From the NCBI GenBank assembly GCA_029287575.1, contig JARFQW010000188.1, positions 19,365-83,364 of the forward strand: a stretch of 64,000 bases of DNA, written 5' to 3'. This DNA is from Gammaproteobacteria bacterium. GTDB taxonomy: Bacteria; Pseudomonadota; Gammaproteobacteria; Steroidobacterales; XN24. The notes below the pieces were generated by a model. The model saw nothing but the letters and a program-made list of their open reading frames with translations. It did not search any database and was not told the origin of the DNA. The translations under genes and the position numbers were made by a program. This document shows, piece by piece, positions 46,015-56,159 of the stretch (its first letter is position 1; the number at the start of each line of letters is the position of its first letter).

Positions 46015-46562
46015 CAGGCGCGGGCCTGCCGCGACAGCCGGATGCCGATCACCACATAGACAATGGCACTGACCACCGCGGCCACGGCAACGAGAATGGC
46101 CAGCGGCTCCAGCCAGGCCAGCTCGGGAATGCCCAGCGCCATCGATGACAGGGCCAGCAGCAGGTAAGTGAGTTGCAGGAGGGTTGTCAGCTTGCTGATG
46201 CCGGTCGGCGCCGCTTCGAATGGCGCCACCAGAGCCTGGTAGGCCAGCGATCCCGAGATGATCACCACATCCCGGACGATCACCACCACGAGCAGCCAGA
46301 CCGGAATGGCACCGGCCAGGGTGAGGGTCACGAAGACCGTGGCCACCAGCAGCTTGTCGGCTATGGGATCGAGAATGCCCCCCAGCCGGGTTTTCCAGCC
46401 GAAGGTGCGTGCGAGAAAGCCGTCCAGCAGATCGGTGAAACCGGCAATGAAAAAAAGCACCATGGCCGGCAGGTAGTCGCCCTCCACAATCAGCCAGCCG
46501 ATGGGCACGACCATTGCCATGCGCAGGATGCACAGCACGTTCGGCAGCTGGCGAAGATTCAC
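46014..46562 (-). CDS. CDP-alcohol phosphatidyltransferase family protein (PgsA-like)
   Basis: GFTDLLDGFLARTFGWKTRLGGILDPIADK matches D(x)2DG(x)2AR...G(x)3D(x)3D; 182 aa with multiple TM helices. Confidence 0.75.
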   Translation of the reverse strand: MNLRQLPNVLCILRMAMVVPIGWLIVEGDYLPAMVLFFIAGFTDLLDGFLARTFGWKTRLGGILDPIADKLLVATVFVTLTLAGAIPVWLLVVVIVRDVVIISGSLAYQALVAPFEAAPTGISKLTTLLQLTYLLLALSSMALGIPELAWLEPLAILVAVAAVVSAIVYVVIGIRLSRQARA

Positions 46563-47632
46563 GGCAGGAGCCGGTATTCCCTGTCGGGCTCCGCACTGCC
46601 AGCGCCTCCTGGCAGGATCGGACCGGTCGTCGGCGCGGGCCCTGCGGCGTCTGAATCCAGCGGCCGAAGGACGTTGCCCAGGGCGAGCGCCTGGTCCAGG
46701 GATGCGGGAGACCCTGCCATGGCCAGGGCCAGCGTCACGCGATCCTCCTCCAGCCGGTCCACCGCCACGTCCTGTACCACGGTGAGGGATTCCAGATGCG
46801 CGAGGACCCGTGCGTACCCGGCCACGTCCTCGACGCCATGCACCCGCACCAGGATACTGCGGCTGGGCGCACCTGCCGTGCTGACCGCAAAGATTCCGGC
46901 GTAGTGATCGGCTGTTCGCTGAATACTGTCTTCGGCGTCGGCCACCCAGCGCATGGGAGCGCTGCCGGAGTAAAGGGTCCAGCGCCCGCGGTCGGCCTCG
47001 GCGAGGCTGATCCGGCCTGCCAGAACCGCATCCGTACCGTAGCGCCGGGAAGCCGATTCGATGTCTTCGTCAAAGCCGCCCCAGAGATCGGCGAAGCTCA
47101 GTGCGCCGCGATCCTGGGCGTCCAGTAACGGCAGCACGAGCGGAAGGCCCCGGGCGGTCGCGGTTTCTTCGACACGCTGGCGCAGCGCCGCCATGACGGC
47201 ATCATCCTGGTCCGGATCGGCGCCGAGGACACCCCGACGGCCGCTGCCCTGATCAATGGCAAGCCACAACAGGGTTGAAGGTCGCTCCTCGCCCCATACC
47301 GGCTGGCCGGCTGCCCGCAGCGCATTGGTGACCGCTTGGCCATCAAAGGAAACCCAGAGCGTGTCACCCGTGGCGCCGGGCCGGAACTGCTGAACATAGC
47401 CGTCGGGCCGGGCCAGGAGTTCGACCACGCCGGGCTCCCTGACCGACGCGCGATCGCCGGTCACTCTGACCACCACCTGGGCCAGGGCCTCGCTGAAAGC
47501 AGCGCGCCGGTCCTGCCCGTCATAGGGCGCCTCGGCGTCGTAGAGTTCTTCGACCACGCCGGCCGTCGCGGGCAGCGCAAGAGCTAACAGGGCGATCATG
47601 ACAAGAAATCGATGCATGGGGCGCAAATCCAT
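46559..47632 (-). CDS. DUF2066-like periplasmic protein (hypothetical)
   Basis: Signal peptide [19 protein letters not shown]. Its position divergent from purM and upstream of hda matches the DUF2066 locus in pseudomonads as I recall it. The start may be 47617. Confidence 0.5.
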   Translation of the reverse strand: MDLRPMHRFLVMIALLALALPATAGVVEELYDAEAPYDGQDRRAAFSEALAQVVVRVTGDRASVREPGVVELLARPDGYVQQFRPGATGDTLWVSFDGQAVTNALRAAGQPVWGEERPSTLLWLAIDQGSGRRGVLGADPDQDDAVMAALRQRVEETATARGLPLVLPLLDAQDRGALSFADLWGGFDEDIESASRRYGTDAVLAGRISLAEADRGRWTLYSGSAPMRWVADAEDSIQRTADHYAGIFAVSTAGAPSRSILVRVHGVEDVAGYARVLAHLESLTVVQDVAVDRLEEDRVTLALAMAGSPASLDQALALGNVLRPLDSDAAGPAPTTGPILPGGAGSAEPDREYRLLP

Positions 47633-47803
47633 GGGTGCAATGAAGTCGGATCCCGGGCCCCGGACTTCGGCGCCAGGGCCATGTCGTGGCGGCCCGGCAG
47701 CGCCAGCTCCGGGGAATGTCGCTGGGAGCGGTGCAGTAAAATATCACAGTTGCTATTCTTCCGGCCCGGTCCACTGCCCCTCGGCAGGTCGTCGAGCACA
47801 TTC

Positions 47804-48844
47804 ATGAGCGAACGAGAATCCCTCACATACCGAGACGCCGGGGTGGACATCGATGCCGGCAACGCGCTGGTCGAACGCATCAAGCCGGCGGTCCGCACGA
47901 CCCTGCGGCCCGAGGTCCTGTCCGGGCTCGGAGGCTTCGGCGGCTTGTTCGAGATGCCGACGGGCTACCGGCAACCGGTGCTGGTGGCCGGAACCGACGG
48001 CGTGGGAACCAAGCTCAAGCTTGCGCTGCAGGCCGGCTGGCATGACGGGGTCGGCGTGGACCTCGTGGCCATGTGCGCCAACGACGTCATCGTGCCGGGC
48101 GCCGAGCCGCTGTTTTTCCTGGACTACTACGCCACCGGCCACCTCGACGTGGATATCGCGGCTGCCGTGATCGAAGGCATAGCCGAGGGCTGCCGTCAGG
48201 CCGGGGCGGCGCTGATCGGCGGGGAAACCGCCGAGCTCCCGGGGATGTATCACGACGGGGACTACGACCTGGCCGGGTTCTGCGTCGGCGTGGTAGAGCG
48301 CGATCAGATCATCGACCCCGCCCGGGTCACCCCCGGGGACGCGATCGTGGGGCTGGCTTCTTCGGGCCCCCATTCCAACGGCTTCTCCCTGATCCGCCGC
48401 ATCCTGGAACACAGTGGAGCGGACATCACACAGTCCGGGGACGTCTGGGGCAGCCGTACGCTGGCGGAGACCCTCCTGGCACCCACGCGGATCTACGTGA
48501 AGCCGGTTCTGGAGCTGCTCGGGCAGGTTCCCGTCTCTGCCCTGGCCCACATCACGGGCGGCGGTCTGCCGGAGAACCTGCCCCGCGTGCTGCCGGACGG
48601 GATGCGCGCCGTGGTCGACACCGCGTCGTGGGAGTGGCCCGCGGTCTTCGGCTGGCTGGCTGAAGCCGGCAACGTCGCCCGCGAGGAGATGTATCGCACC
48701 TTCAACTGCGGCATGGGCATGGCGGTCGTGGTTCCGGCCGAACGCGCCTCGGAATCCCTGGACATTCTCACTCAGGCCGGCGAGAAGGCCTGGATCGCGG
48801 GCAGGATCGAGGCCGGACCCCAGGACGTGGTGCTGGCTGGATGA
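47804..48844 (+). CDS. purM: phosphoribosylformylglycinamidine cyclo-ligase PurM
   Basis: [27 protein letters not shown]...GTDGVGTKL...DYYATG. The internal ATG is chosen; the upstream 64 codons of the track ORF look non-coding. Confidence 0.95.
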   Translation: MSERESLTYRDAGVDIDAGNALVERIKPAVRTTLRPEVLSGLGGFGGLFEMPTGYRQPVLVAGTDGVGTKLKLALQAGWHDGVGVDLVAMCANDVIVPGAEPLFFLDYYATGHLDVDIAAAVIEGIAEGCRQAGAALIGGETAELPGMYHDGDYDLAGFCVGVVERDQIIDPARVTPGDAIVGLASSGPHSNGFSLIRRILEHSGADITQSGDVWGSRTLAETLLAPTRIYVKPVLELLGQVPVSALAHITGGGLPENLPRVLPDGMRAVVDTASWEWPAVFGWLAEAGNVAREEMYRTFNCGMGMAVVVPAERASESLDILTQAGEKAWIAGRIEAGPQDVVLAG

Positions 48845-49524
48845 GCCCGGCCCCGCTGGGCCTTGTCGTCCTCATTTCCGGCTACGGCAGCAACCTCCAG
48901 GCCATCATGGATGCGACGGCCTCCGGCGAAATCGCGACGCGGATTCGGGCGGTAATAAGCAACCGACCGGCGGCACCCGGCCTGGACAGGGCCCGGCAGG
49001 CGGGCATCCCGGCGGTCGTCGTGGAAGGCCGGCGGGGCCAGCCCCGGTCCGAATACGACAGCGCACTTCAGCGCGCGATCGAACCCTTTGAACCGGATCT
49101 CATTGCGCTGGCGGGTTTCATGCGCATCCTCACTCCCGGCTTCGTGCAGCACTACGCCGGCCGGATGCTCAATATCCACCCCTCCCTGCTCCCTCGCTAC
49201 CGGGGTCTGCACACCCATCAGCGCGCGCTCGAAGCAGGTGACGCATTCCACGGCGCCAGCATCCACTATGTCACGGAAGAGCTCGACGGAGGACCTGTCG
49301 TTCGCCAGGCCAGGGTCCCGGTGCTGGACGGGGACGACGAAGCGTCGCTGGCGAACCGGGTGCAGCTCGCCGAACACCGCATTTACCCCGAGGTGATCGG
49401 CTGGGTTGCGAGCGGCCGGCTCGCCTGGCGCGATGGCGCGCCTTGGCTGGACGGGCAGCCGATGAACGGCCCGGTCGTGACCGAAACGGACGGACTCGGC
49501 GGCGTCAGGCCTTCGGGAGAGTAA
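48841..49524 (+). CDS. purN: phosphoribosylglycinamide formyltransferase PurN
   Basis: [14 protein letters not shown]..., LAGFMRIL...NIHPSLLP and G.SIHYV; overlaps purM by 4 nt. Confidence 0.9.
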   Translation: MSPAPLGLVVLISGYGSNLQAIMDATASGEIATRIRAVISNRPAAPGLDRARQAGIPAVVVEGRRGQPRSEYDSALQRAIEPFEPDLIALAGFMRILTPGFVQHYAGRMLNIHPSLLPRYRGLHTHQRALEAGDAFHGASIHYVTEELDGGPVVRQARVPVLDGDDEASLANRVQLAEHRIYPEVIGWVASGRLAWRDGAPWLDGQPMNGPVVTETDGLGGVRPSGE

Positions 49525-50071
49525 CGCCCTGCTGTCCCATGTACTTGCCGGCCCGGTCCCGGTAAGAGACCTCACACACGTCGTCGGCTCCGAAAAAGAG
49601 CATCTGGGCCACGCCCTCGTTGGCGTAGATTTTGGCCGGCAACGGCGTGGTGTTCGAGAACTCGAGGGTCACATGGCCCTCCCATTCGGGTTCCAGCGGC
49701 GTCACGTTCACGATGATGCCGCAGCGCGCATACGTGGACTTCCCCAGACAGACCGTCAGTACCTCGCGCGGAATACGGAAATACTCCACGGTTCTGGCCA
49801 GAGCAAAACTGTTCGGCGGAATGATGCACACATCCGCCTCCACGTCCACGAAACTGCTCTCGTCGAAGGCCTTCGGGTCGACCACGGCGGAGTTGATGTT
49901 CGTAAAGATCTTGAACTCCGAGGAGCAGCGGACGTCATAGCCGTAGCTCGACGTGCCGTAGCTGACCATCCGGCTGTCCCCCGAAGCGCGCACCTGGCCC
50001 GCTTCGAACGGCTCGATCATGCCGTGGTCCTGCGCCATGCGCCGAATCCAGCGATCAGACTTGATGCTCAT
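49505..50071 (-). CDS. dcd: dCTP deaminase Dcd
   Basis: [13 protein letters not shown]...SSYGYDVR...[29 protein letters not shown]; 188 aa. Confidence 0.95.
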   Translation of the reverse strand: MSIKSDRWIRRMAQDHGMIEPFEAGQVRASGDSRMVSYGTSSYGYDVRCSSEFKIFTNINSAVVDPKAFDESSFVDVEADVCIIPPNSFALARTVEYFRIPREVLTVCLGKSTYARCGIIVNVTPLEPEWEGHVTLEFSNTTPLPAKIYANEGVAQMLFFGADDVCEVSYRDRAGKYMGQQGVTLPKA

Positions 50072-51153
50072 CAGTCATCCTCGATCGTGATTGTCGGGAT
50101 CCGGCCTCCGGCCCCCGAGGTCTGGGCCGCCAGCGCGGCGGCCATGCGTCGGGCGATATTGACGTAGGCGCGCGCCGGAGCCCCGTCCGGATCCGCCACG
50201 ACGCTGGGATTGCCTTCGTCCGCCTCGGCGCGGATGCGAATATCCAGCGGCAGGCCGCCGAGCAGCGGAACTTCGTACTGGGAGGCCATCGACGCGCCGC
50301 CGCCGGAACCGAAAACCGGCTCCTCGTGGCCGCAGTTCGTGCAGACGTGCGTGCTCATGTTCTCGACGATACCCAGCACCGGGACCTGAACCTTGCGAAA
50401 CATGGCCAGACCCTTTTTGGCGTCCAGCAGCGCGATGTCCTGGGGCGTGGTGACGATAACCGCGCCGCTCACGGGAACCTGCTGGGACAGGGTCAGCTGG
50501 ATGTCACCGGTCCCCGGCGGCATGTCGACGAGCAGATAGTCCAGGTCGCCCCATTCCGTGTCGTTCATCATCTGCACGAGGGCCGAGGTCACCATGGGGC
50601 CGCGCCAGACCATCGGTTCGTCTTCGGAGATCAGAAAGCCGATGGACATGCAGCGAATCCCGTAGCCGACGAGCGGGTCGATACGTTTGCCGTCGCGGGT
50701 GGTCGGCCGCTGCCCGGACAGACCCAGCATGCGTGGCTGGCTCGGGCCGTAAATGTCAGCATCGAGAACGCCGACCCGTGCACCCTCCGACGCGAGGGCC
50801 AGCGCCAGATTGACCGTGGTCGTGCTCTTGCCGACCCCGCCCTTGCCCGAGGCAACCGCAATGATATTGCCGACCCGGTCCATGGGTTTCAGGTTCGGCT
50901 GCACCGGCTGCGCCGCCACGGCCCACTCCAGATCCAGTTTCAGCGACTCCACGCCCTCGGTTTCCCGGAGGTGGGCGCCCAACGCGGGCACCAGATCGCC
51001 GCCAAACCGGTCCGCCGGGATACCCAGCTTGAGAGCAATACGAGCCTGGTTGCCGTCCCGTTCGGCGGCACGGACCTCGCCTACGGAAACCAGCGGCCGG
51101 TCCAGAATGGGGTCGTGATAGGCCGCGACGGCGGCAAGAAGCTGTTCGTCCAT
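50071..51153 (-). CDS. apbC: iron-sulfur cluster carrier ATPase ApbC/Mrp
   Basis: [21 protein letters not shown] and the CxxC pair (HVCTNCGH); 360 aa. Confidence 0.9.
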   Translation of the reverse strand: MDEQLLAAVAAYHDPILDRPLVSVGEVRAAERDGNQARIALKLGIPADRFGGDLVPALGAHLRETEGVESLKLDLEWAVAAQPVQPNLKPMDRVGNIIAVASGKGGVGKSTTTVNLALALASEGARVGVLDADIYGPSQPRMLGLSGQRPTTRDGKRIDPLVGYGIRCMSIGFLISEDEPMVWRGPMVTSALVQMMNDTEWGDLDYLLVDMPPGTGDIQLTLSQQVPVSGAVIVTTPQDIALLDAKKGLAMFRKVQVPVLGIVENMSTHVCTNCGHEEPVFGSGGGASMASQYEVPLLGGLPLDIRIRAEADEGNPSVVADPDGAPARAYVNIARRMAAALAAQTSGAGGRIPTITIEDD

Positions 51154-51286
51154 CGGGTAATGCGAGCCTCGGGTGAGCGTTTTGAGGTGGGGTCGACTGG
51201 CGCGGGATTGTATCTCAGCCGGTTCGGCCTCGCAGGGCGGCGGAAGCCGGGCCGGATCCGGGCAGATGCCCGGAATGTGACGTGCA

Positions 51287-51316
51287 TGACATAAAACGGT
51301 GTCATTGCCTTAGAAT
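51287..51316 (+). promoter_or_regulatory. candidate sigma70 promoter with overlapping palindrome upstream of the kinase/PilT operon
   Basis: TGACAT (51287-51292), an 18-nt spacer, then TAGAAT (51311-51316). The inverted repeat ATGACA-N8-TGTCAT (51286-51305) overlaps the -35 and spacer. Confidence 0.3.
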
Positions 51317-51524
51317 ATGGAAAAATGCGACGCTGTTTCCCTGCACAAGCGCGCGCGCAGGCCGGGCGAAGGGATGGCCCGCAAAACAGGAACATGGCAG
51401 TCGAACGACGCGTGAGGAGTTCAGGCACAGGCGGTTTTCCGCCCGCCCCCCCATCCGGGAGGAGCTTTCCGGCCAGCAGCCGGCAAGGCGGCATGTTTGC
51501 GCCCGCCGTTCGCGAGGCCCGGCG

Positions 51525-53918
51525 GTGAGTCTGCTCGGCGGCCTGCGTTCGGATCGTCTGATCGCGAAACTGATGGCCTGTAGCGACATGGGCTCACCGG
51601 ACGCCACCAGGACGATCGAAAAGCTGCAGCGCATCGCGCCGGCCGCGGTGCCGAAAATGATCGAGGAGCTGGCTTCGGCGGGCAAGCACCAGACCGAGAT
51701 GCTGGTCGAGGGCCTGGCCACCCTTGCGGACACCAAGACGCTTCCGGCTTACCTGGAAGGTCTGGCGTCCGACAATCAGCGCGTTGCATCCGGGGTGGCC
51801 TGGGCGCTGGCCTCGAGCAAGGAATTCAATCCCAACCGGCTGCTGGACGTTCTCACGGACGAGGATGTGCCGACCTCGGCGGTCATCGAGATCCTGGCTA
51901 CCCACAAGGAACGTCTCGACATCCGCCAGGTACTGACCCAGGCGTATGCGCTGGACACGGCCGAGAAAGCTGCCCTGTTCAAGATCGCCGCGGATATCGT
52001 CGACGACGAGGTCATTCCCGATCTGGTGGCGCGACTCGGCGGCAAGGATGTCGCCGCGAGAATTCATATCATGGACATCCTCTCGAAACACGACCGGCGG
52101 GATGTTCATCAGGGCCTGGAGGACCAGCTCAAAAGCAGCAACAAGCTGATCCGGCAGGCGGCGCTAACGGCGATTGCGCGGACCAAGGCCCGGCCCAACG
52201 TGGAGCTGCTTGCCAATCTGCTCAGGGACCCGGACCTGGACGTGCAGAACAAGGCGGTGGATGCCCTCATCCGGGTCAATCACCCGGACACCATGCGCCA
52301 CCTGGTCGAGGTCCTGAAAGACGAGTCCGAGTACACCCGGCGGGCGGCGGTGGAAGTACTCAACGAAATCGGCACGCCGGAGTCGATCAAGGACCTGCTG
52401 GGCGCCCTGCGGGACGACGACTGGTGGGTCCGGGCCAGGGCCACCGATGCGCTCGCGAAGATCGGCGGTCCCAAAGTGGTCGATGCAGTGCTCCAGCTGG
52501 TCAACGACGAGGACGAGGAGATCCGCCGTTCCGCCATCGAGATTCTCAACACGACCGGTGACGAACGGGCAGTCAGCACCCTCATCAAGGCCACCCGCGA
52601 CGAGGACTGGTGGGTCAGGGAACGGGCCGCCGACGCGCTGGCCGAGCTCGGTGACGAGCGGGCCTTGCCGGCGCTGGCTCAGATGCTCAAGGGAGACGCC
52701 CGTTCCATTCCGTCGGCGGTACGCGCCCTGGGCAAATTCGGCGATCAACGGCTGGTGAAGCCGATCCTGGCGCTCATGCAGCGGCGGGAGAAGGATATTC
52801 GGCTCGAGACCCTGCATGCGGCGGTCCGGCTCGCGAATGAAGACAACTTCGAGCAGATACGCGAAGCCGTCCAGGCGGCCGGGCAGGTGGACGACGATGC
52901 GGTTCGGCAGGCCTCGGCCGCGGCCATCCGCGAACTCGAGGAGCGCTTTTCCCCGACGAGCATGGCGGCCGCCGCGGATGCGGCTCGCTTCGAGGAACCG
53001 GAACGCACACTGCTGGTGGAGAGCAGCACGCCCGCGGTGGTTTCAGAACCTCCGTCGGTTCAGGAAACCCTCGACATCACGGCGCTCGAACCCGGGGACG
53101 TGGTGGACAAGCGCTACAAGTTCCTGCGCAAGATCGGCAAGGGCGCCTTCGGCACCGTGCTGCTCATGGAGGACATGGTGGTCGAGGAGCCGGTGGTGCT
53201 GAAGTTCCTCAACCCCAACGTGGCGTCGGACGAGGAGATGATGAAGCGGTTCGTGCACGAGCTGCGGTACTCCCGGAAGATCACCCATCGAAACGTGATC
53301 CGCATTTACGATTTTCTGTACATGCAGGGTCTCTACGCCATTTCGATGGAGTACTTCAACTCCCATCCCCTCGGCGAGGAGATCAAGGACGAGCAGCCGA
53401 TGCCGCTGAAGCTTGCGGTGAAATATGCCTGCGATATCGCCACCGGCATGTCGGTCGCCCACCAGGCGGGAATCGTGCACCGCGATCTCAAGCCGGCGAA
53501 CATCCTCATCGACAAGGAAGGCCTGCTCAAGATCGTGGATTTCGGCGTGGCCGCGGCGCGCAGCAGCGGCGACACCCAGCTGACCAAGACCGGCTATGTG
53601 ATCGGCTCGCCGAAATACATGGCGCCGGAACAGATTCTCGGCAAGAAGGTGGACGAGAAGGCGGATATCTACAGCCTCGGCGTCATTCTCTACGAGATGC
53701 TTACCGGTATTCCGCCATACAGCCGCGGCGATCACATGGCGGTCATGTATCAGCACGTTCAGGGCAAGGCCGCACGCGCCCGGGACGTCAACAAGGACCT
53801 CCCGGAATCCGTTTCCGACGCGGTCGCCAAGTGCATGGCGGTGGACAAGAACAAGCGCTACGACAGCATGGACGAGCTGCGTTCCGTGTTCGGTCGTTTT
53901 CTCGCGGCGGGGGGCTAG
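51525..53918 (+). CDS. HEAT-repeat (PBS-lyase type) protein fused to a C-terminal Hanks-type Ser/Thr protein kinase
   Basis: There are more than 10 HEAT-like units (e.g. LRDPDLDVQNKAVDALI, LRDDDWWVRARATDALAKIGG, TRDEDWWVRERAADALAELGD). The kinase domain lies at ~53115-53900, with GKGAFGTV, VVLKF, HRDLKPANILI, DFG, SPKYMAPE and DIYSLGVILYEMLTG. Start provisionally at GTG 51525. The 81 codons upstream of it in the track ORF are Arg-rich and unconvincing. Confidence 0.8.
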   Translation: MSLLGGLRSDRLIAKLMACSDMGSPDATRTIEKLQRIAPAAVPKMIEELASAGKHQTEMLVEGLATLADTKTLPAYLEGLASDNQRVASGVAWALASSKEFNPNRLLDVLTDEDVPTSAVIEILATHKERLDIRQVLTQAYALDTAEKAALFKIAADIVDDEVIPDLVARLGGKDVAARIHIMDILSKHDRRDVHQGLEDQLKSSNKLIRQAALTAIARTKARPNVELLANLLRDPDLDVQNKAVDALIRVNHPDTMRHLVEVLKDESEYTRRAAVEVLNEIGTPESIKDLLGALRDDDWWVRARATDALAKIGGPKVVDAVLQLVNDEDEEIRRSAIEILNTTGDERAVSTLIKATRDEDWWVRERAADALAELGDERALPALAQMLKGDARSIPSAVRALGKFGDQRLVKPILALMQRREKDIRLETLHAAVRLANEDNFEQIREAVQAAGQVDDDAVRQASAAAIRELEERFSPTSMAAAADAARFEEPERTLLVESSTPAVVSEPPSVQETLDITALEPGDVVDKRYKFLRKIGKGAFGTVLLMEDMVVEEPVVLKFLNPNVASDEEMMKRFVHELRYSRKITHRNVIRIYDFLYMQGLYAISMEYFNSHPLGEEIKDEQPMPLKLAVKYACDIATGMSVAHQAGIVHRDLKPANILIDKEGLLKIVDFGVAAARSSGDTQLTKTGYVIGSPKYMAPEQILGKKVDEKADIYSLGVILYEMLTGIPPYSRGDHMAVMYQHVQGKAARARDVNKDLPESVSDAVAKCMAVDKNKRYDSMDELRSVFGRFLAAGG

Positions 53919-53924
53919 AGAGCC

Positions 53925-55016
53925 ATGGCACGCATCGACGCCTTTCTGAAGCTTGGCCTCGCCCAGGGCTGCTCGGATATCCATCTCGCCGTCGGCGTGC
54001 CACCCATGCTTCGCCTGCGTGGCGACCTGATGCCGATCAAGTTTCGCGAGCTGAGCAATTCCGAGCTCGAGAGCTACGTGCTCGAGGTCCTCACGGAAAA
54101 ACAGCGGGAGCACTTCAAGGGCGGCAACGACCTGGATTTCTCCTACGTCACCGGCGAGGGCGGCCGGTTCCGGGTCAACCTGTTCCGCAAGGACACGGGC
54201 ATCGGCGCGGTGTTCCGCTACATCCCCAGCGACATACCCAGTCTCGACGCGCTGAGTCTGCCGCCGATCCTGAAGAGCCTGTGCGACCACCATCAGGGCA
54301 TGATCCTTGTCACCGGCGCCACCGGAACCGGCAAGTCCACGACTCTGGCGGCAATGATCGACCACATCAACAGCAGCCGCCAGCTGAATATCATCAGCCT
54401 CGAGGACCCGATCGAATTCGTTCATCGCAGCAAGAACTCTCAGATCATCCAGCGCGAACTGGGCACTCACATCAGCGCCTTCGCCGATGGCGTGCGCGCC
54501 GCGATGCGTGAAGATCCGGACGTCATCCTCGTCGGTGAGATGCGCGACGCCGAAACCATCAGTATGGCCATGACGGCCGCCGAGACCGGCCATCTGGTGC
54601 TGGGAACACTGCACACGACCGGCGCGGTAAAAACACTGGACCGGATCATCGACGCGCTGCCCGCGGAACAGCGCGAGCAGACCAAGACCTTCCTGTCCCA
54701 GAGTCTCAACGCCGTCATCACCCAGGTCCTCGCCAAGAGCACCGACGGCCGCAGCCGCAAGGCCATTCTCGAGATCATGGTGAACAACAAGGCCATTTCG
54801 AAGCTGATCATGGCCGACCAGAATCATCTCATTCCGTCTCAGCTGCAGACCGGCAAGGCGGACGGTATGCAGATGCTGGACCAGGCCCTGATGGAAGCCG
54901 TGCAGGCAAAGGAAATCGATCCGGATGATGCCTACCGTTTCTCGAATGACAAGAAACAGTTCGCGAAGCTGGTGACGGACACCAGCATCCTGCCGAAGCT
55001 GGAGCTGGAAGCATGA
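53925..55016 (+). CDS. PilT-family hexameric secretion/twitching ATPase (divergent paralog)
   Basis: GCSDIHLAVGVPPMLRLRGDL, Walker A GATGTGKST, Asp box SLEDPIEF, Walker B DVILVGEMRD and His box TGHLVLGTLHT. It starts 6 nt after the kinase stop. Confidence 0.85.
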   Translation: MARIDAFLKLGLAQGCSDIHLAVGVPPMLRLRGDLMPIKFRELSNSELESYVLEVLTEKQREHFKGGNDLDFSYVTGEGGRFRVNLFRKDTGIGAVFRYIPSDIPSLDALSLPPILKSLCDHHQGMILVTGATGTGKSTTLAAMIDHINSSRQLNIISLEDPIEFVHRSKNSQIIQRELGTHISAFADGVRAAMREDPDVILVGEMRDAETISMAMTAAETGHLVLGTLHTTGAVKTLDRIIDALPAEQREQTKTFLSQSLNAVITQVLAKSTDGRSRKAILEIMVNNKAISKLIMADQNHLIPSQLQTGKADGMQMLDQALMEAVQAKEIDPDDAYRFSNDKKQFAKLVTDTSILPKLELEA

Positions 55017-55038
55017 TCCACCCGGGAGAGCCGATGCC

Positions 55039-56106
55039 ATGGAACTGATCGAGGGCCTGCTTCGCCAGATGCTGGAACGCGACGGATCCGATCTGCACCT
55101 GGTCGCCGGTGACCCGCCCCGTATCCGGATCTACGGCGACCTGATCACCCTGGATCACCCGGTGCTCGACAGCGAGGCGCTGAAAATCGCCGTGGACGGC
55201 ATTCTGCCGCGCGCCCAGGCGGAGATTTTCAAGCGCCATGACCAGGTCGATTTCGCCCACATGGTAGAGGGCCTGGCGCGTTTCCGGGTGAACGTGTTTC
55301 GCCATCTCGGCGGGATCGGCGCCATCATGCGGGCGATTCCATCGACCGCGTTGACCCTGGAAGAGCTGCGGATGCCGGACTCCGTGCGCAATCTGTGCAA
55401 GCACTCCCAGGGACTCATACTGGTCACGGGCAAGACCGGATCGGGCAAGTCCACCAGCCTCGCCGCGATGCTCGACAACATCAATCGGCGGCTGAAGGGG
55501 CATATCCTGACGATCGAGGACCCCATCGAGTTCGTGCACCAGCGCAAGGGCTGCCTGATCAGTCAGCGTGAGATCGGGATCCACGCCAAGTCCTTTGCGG
55601 GCGCGCTCCACTCCGCGCTGCGCGAGGATCCCGATGTCATCCTGGTCGGCGAACTCCGGGACCTCGAGACCATGAGCACCGCCATTACGGCCGCGGAGAC
55701 GGGTATCCTCGTGATGGGGACGCTGCACACCAACGGCGCGGCGCAGACGGTGGATCGCCTTGTCAACGCGTTCCCGCCGGACAAGCAGCCCCACGTGAGA
55801 ACCATGCTGTCCACGTCCCTGCGCGGCGTCATCTCCCAGCAGCTATGCAAGAAAAAGGGCAGCAGCGGCCGCGTCGCCTCCCTGGAAATCCTCATCAACA
55901 CCCCGGCGGTCTCCAATCTGCTCCGCCAGGGCAAGCTGGACCAGCTGGAGAACGTCATGCAGTCCGGCATGAGCATCGGCATGCGAACGATGGACGGCGC
56001 CCTGCAGGAACTCGTGGACCAGCGGATGATCAGCGGGCGGGAGGCCTATGAAAAGGCGCTCAACAAGGACCGGTTCAAGCGCTACGCAAACGAACCGGCA
56101 GCCTGA
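55039..56106 (+). CDS. pilT: PilT-family twitching-motility-type ATPase
   Basis: GSDLHLVAGDPPRIRIYGDL, GKTGSGKST, TIEDPIEF, DVILVGELRD, TGILVMGTLHT and the AIRNLIREGK-like VSNLLRQGK. It starts 22 nt after the preceding gene. Confidence 0.85.
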   Translation: MELIEGLLRQMLERDGSDLHLVAGDPPRIRIYGDLITLDHPVLDSEALKIAVDGILPRAQAEIFKRHDQVDFAHMVEGLARFRVNVFRHLGGIGAIMRAIPSTALTLEELRMPDSVRNLCKHSQGLILVTGKTGSGKSTSLAAMLDNINRRLKGHILTIEDPIEFVHQRKGCLISQREIGIHAKSFAGALHSALREDPDVILVGELRDLETMSTAITAAETGILVMGTLHTNGAAQTVDRLVNAFPPDKQPHVRTMLSTSLRGVISQQLCKKKGSSGRVASLEILINTPAVSNLLRQGKLDQLENVMQSGMSIGMRTMDGALQELVDQRMISGREAYEKALNKDRFKRYANEPAA

Positions 56107-56159
56107 TCCGATCCTGACGCCTGTGGCATAATTCCGCCGCCCCTGGCTGCGGACCCGAC

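Noticed and set aside
51282-51524. Upstream ATG (51282) giving the 878-aa version of the kinase ORF
   Set aside because: The first ~80 codons (HDIKRCHCLRIWKNATLFPCTSARAGRAKGW...) overlap the predicted promoter and look non-coding. I moved the start to GTG 51525, though that position is provisional.
51394-51528. 44-codon uORF ending in GTGA at the kinase start, considered as a separate gene
   Set aside because: It has a weak RBS and an Arg/Pro/Gly-rich product typical of random high-GC frames. It is kept only as a low-interest note, not as a feature.
53043-55040. 665-aa ORF antisense to the kinase domain and first PilT-like gene
   Set aside because: The plus strand has unambiguous Hanks kinase and PilT Walker, Asp-box and His-box motifs. 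The antisense product has none.
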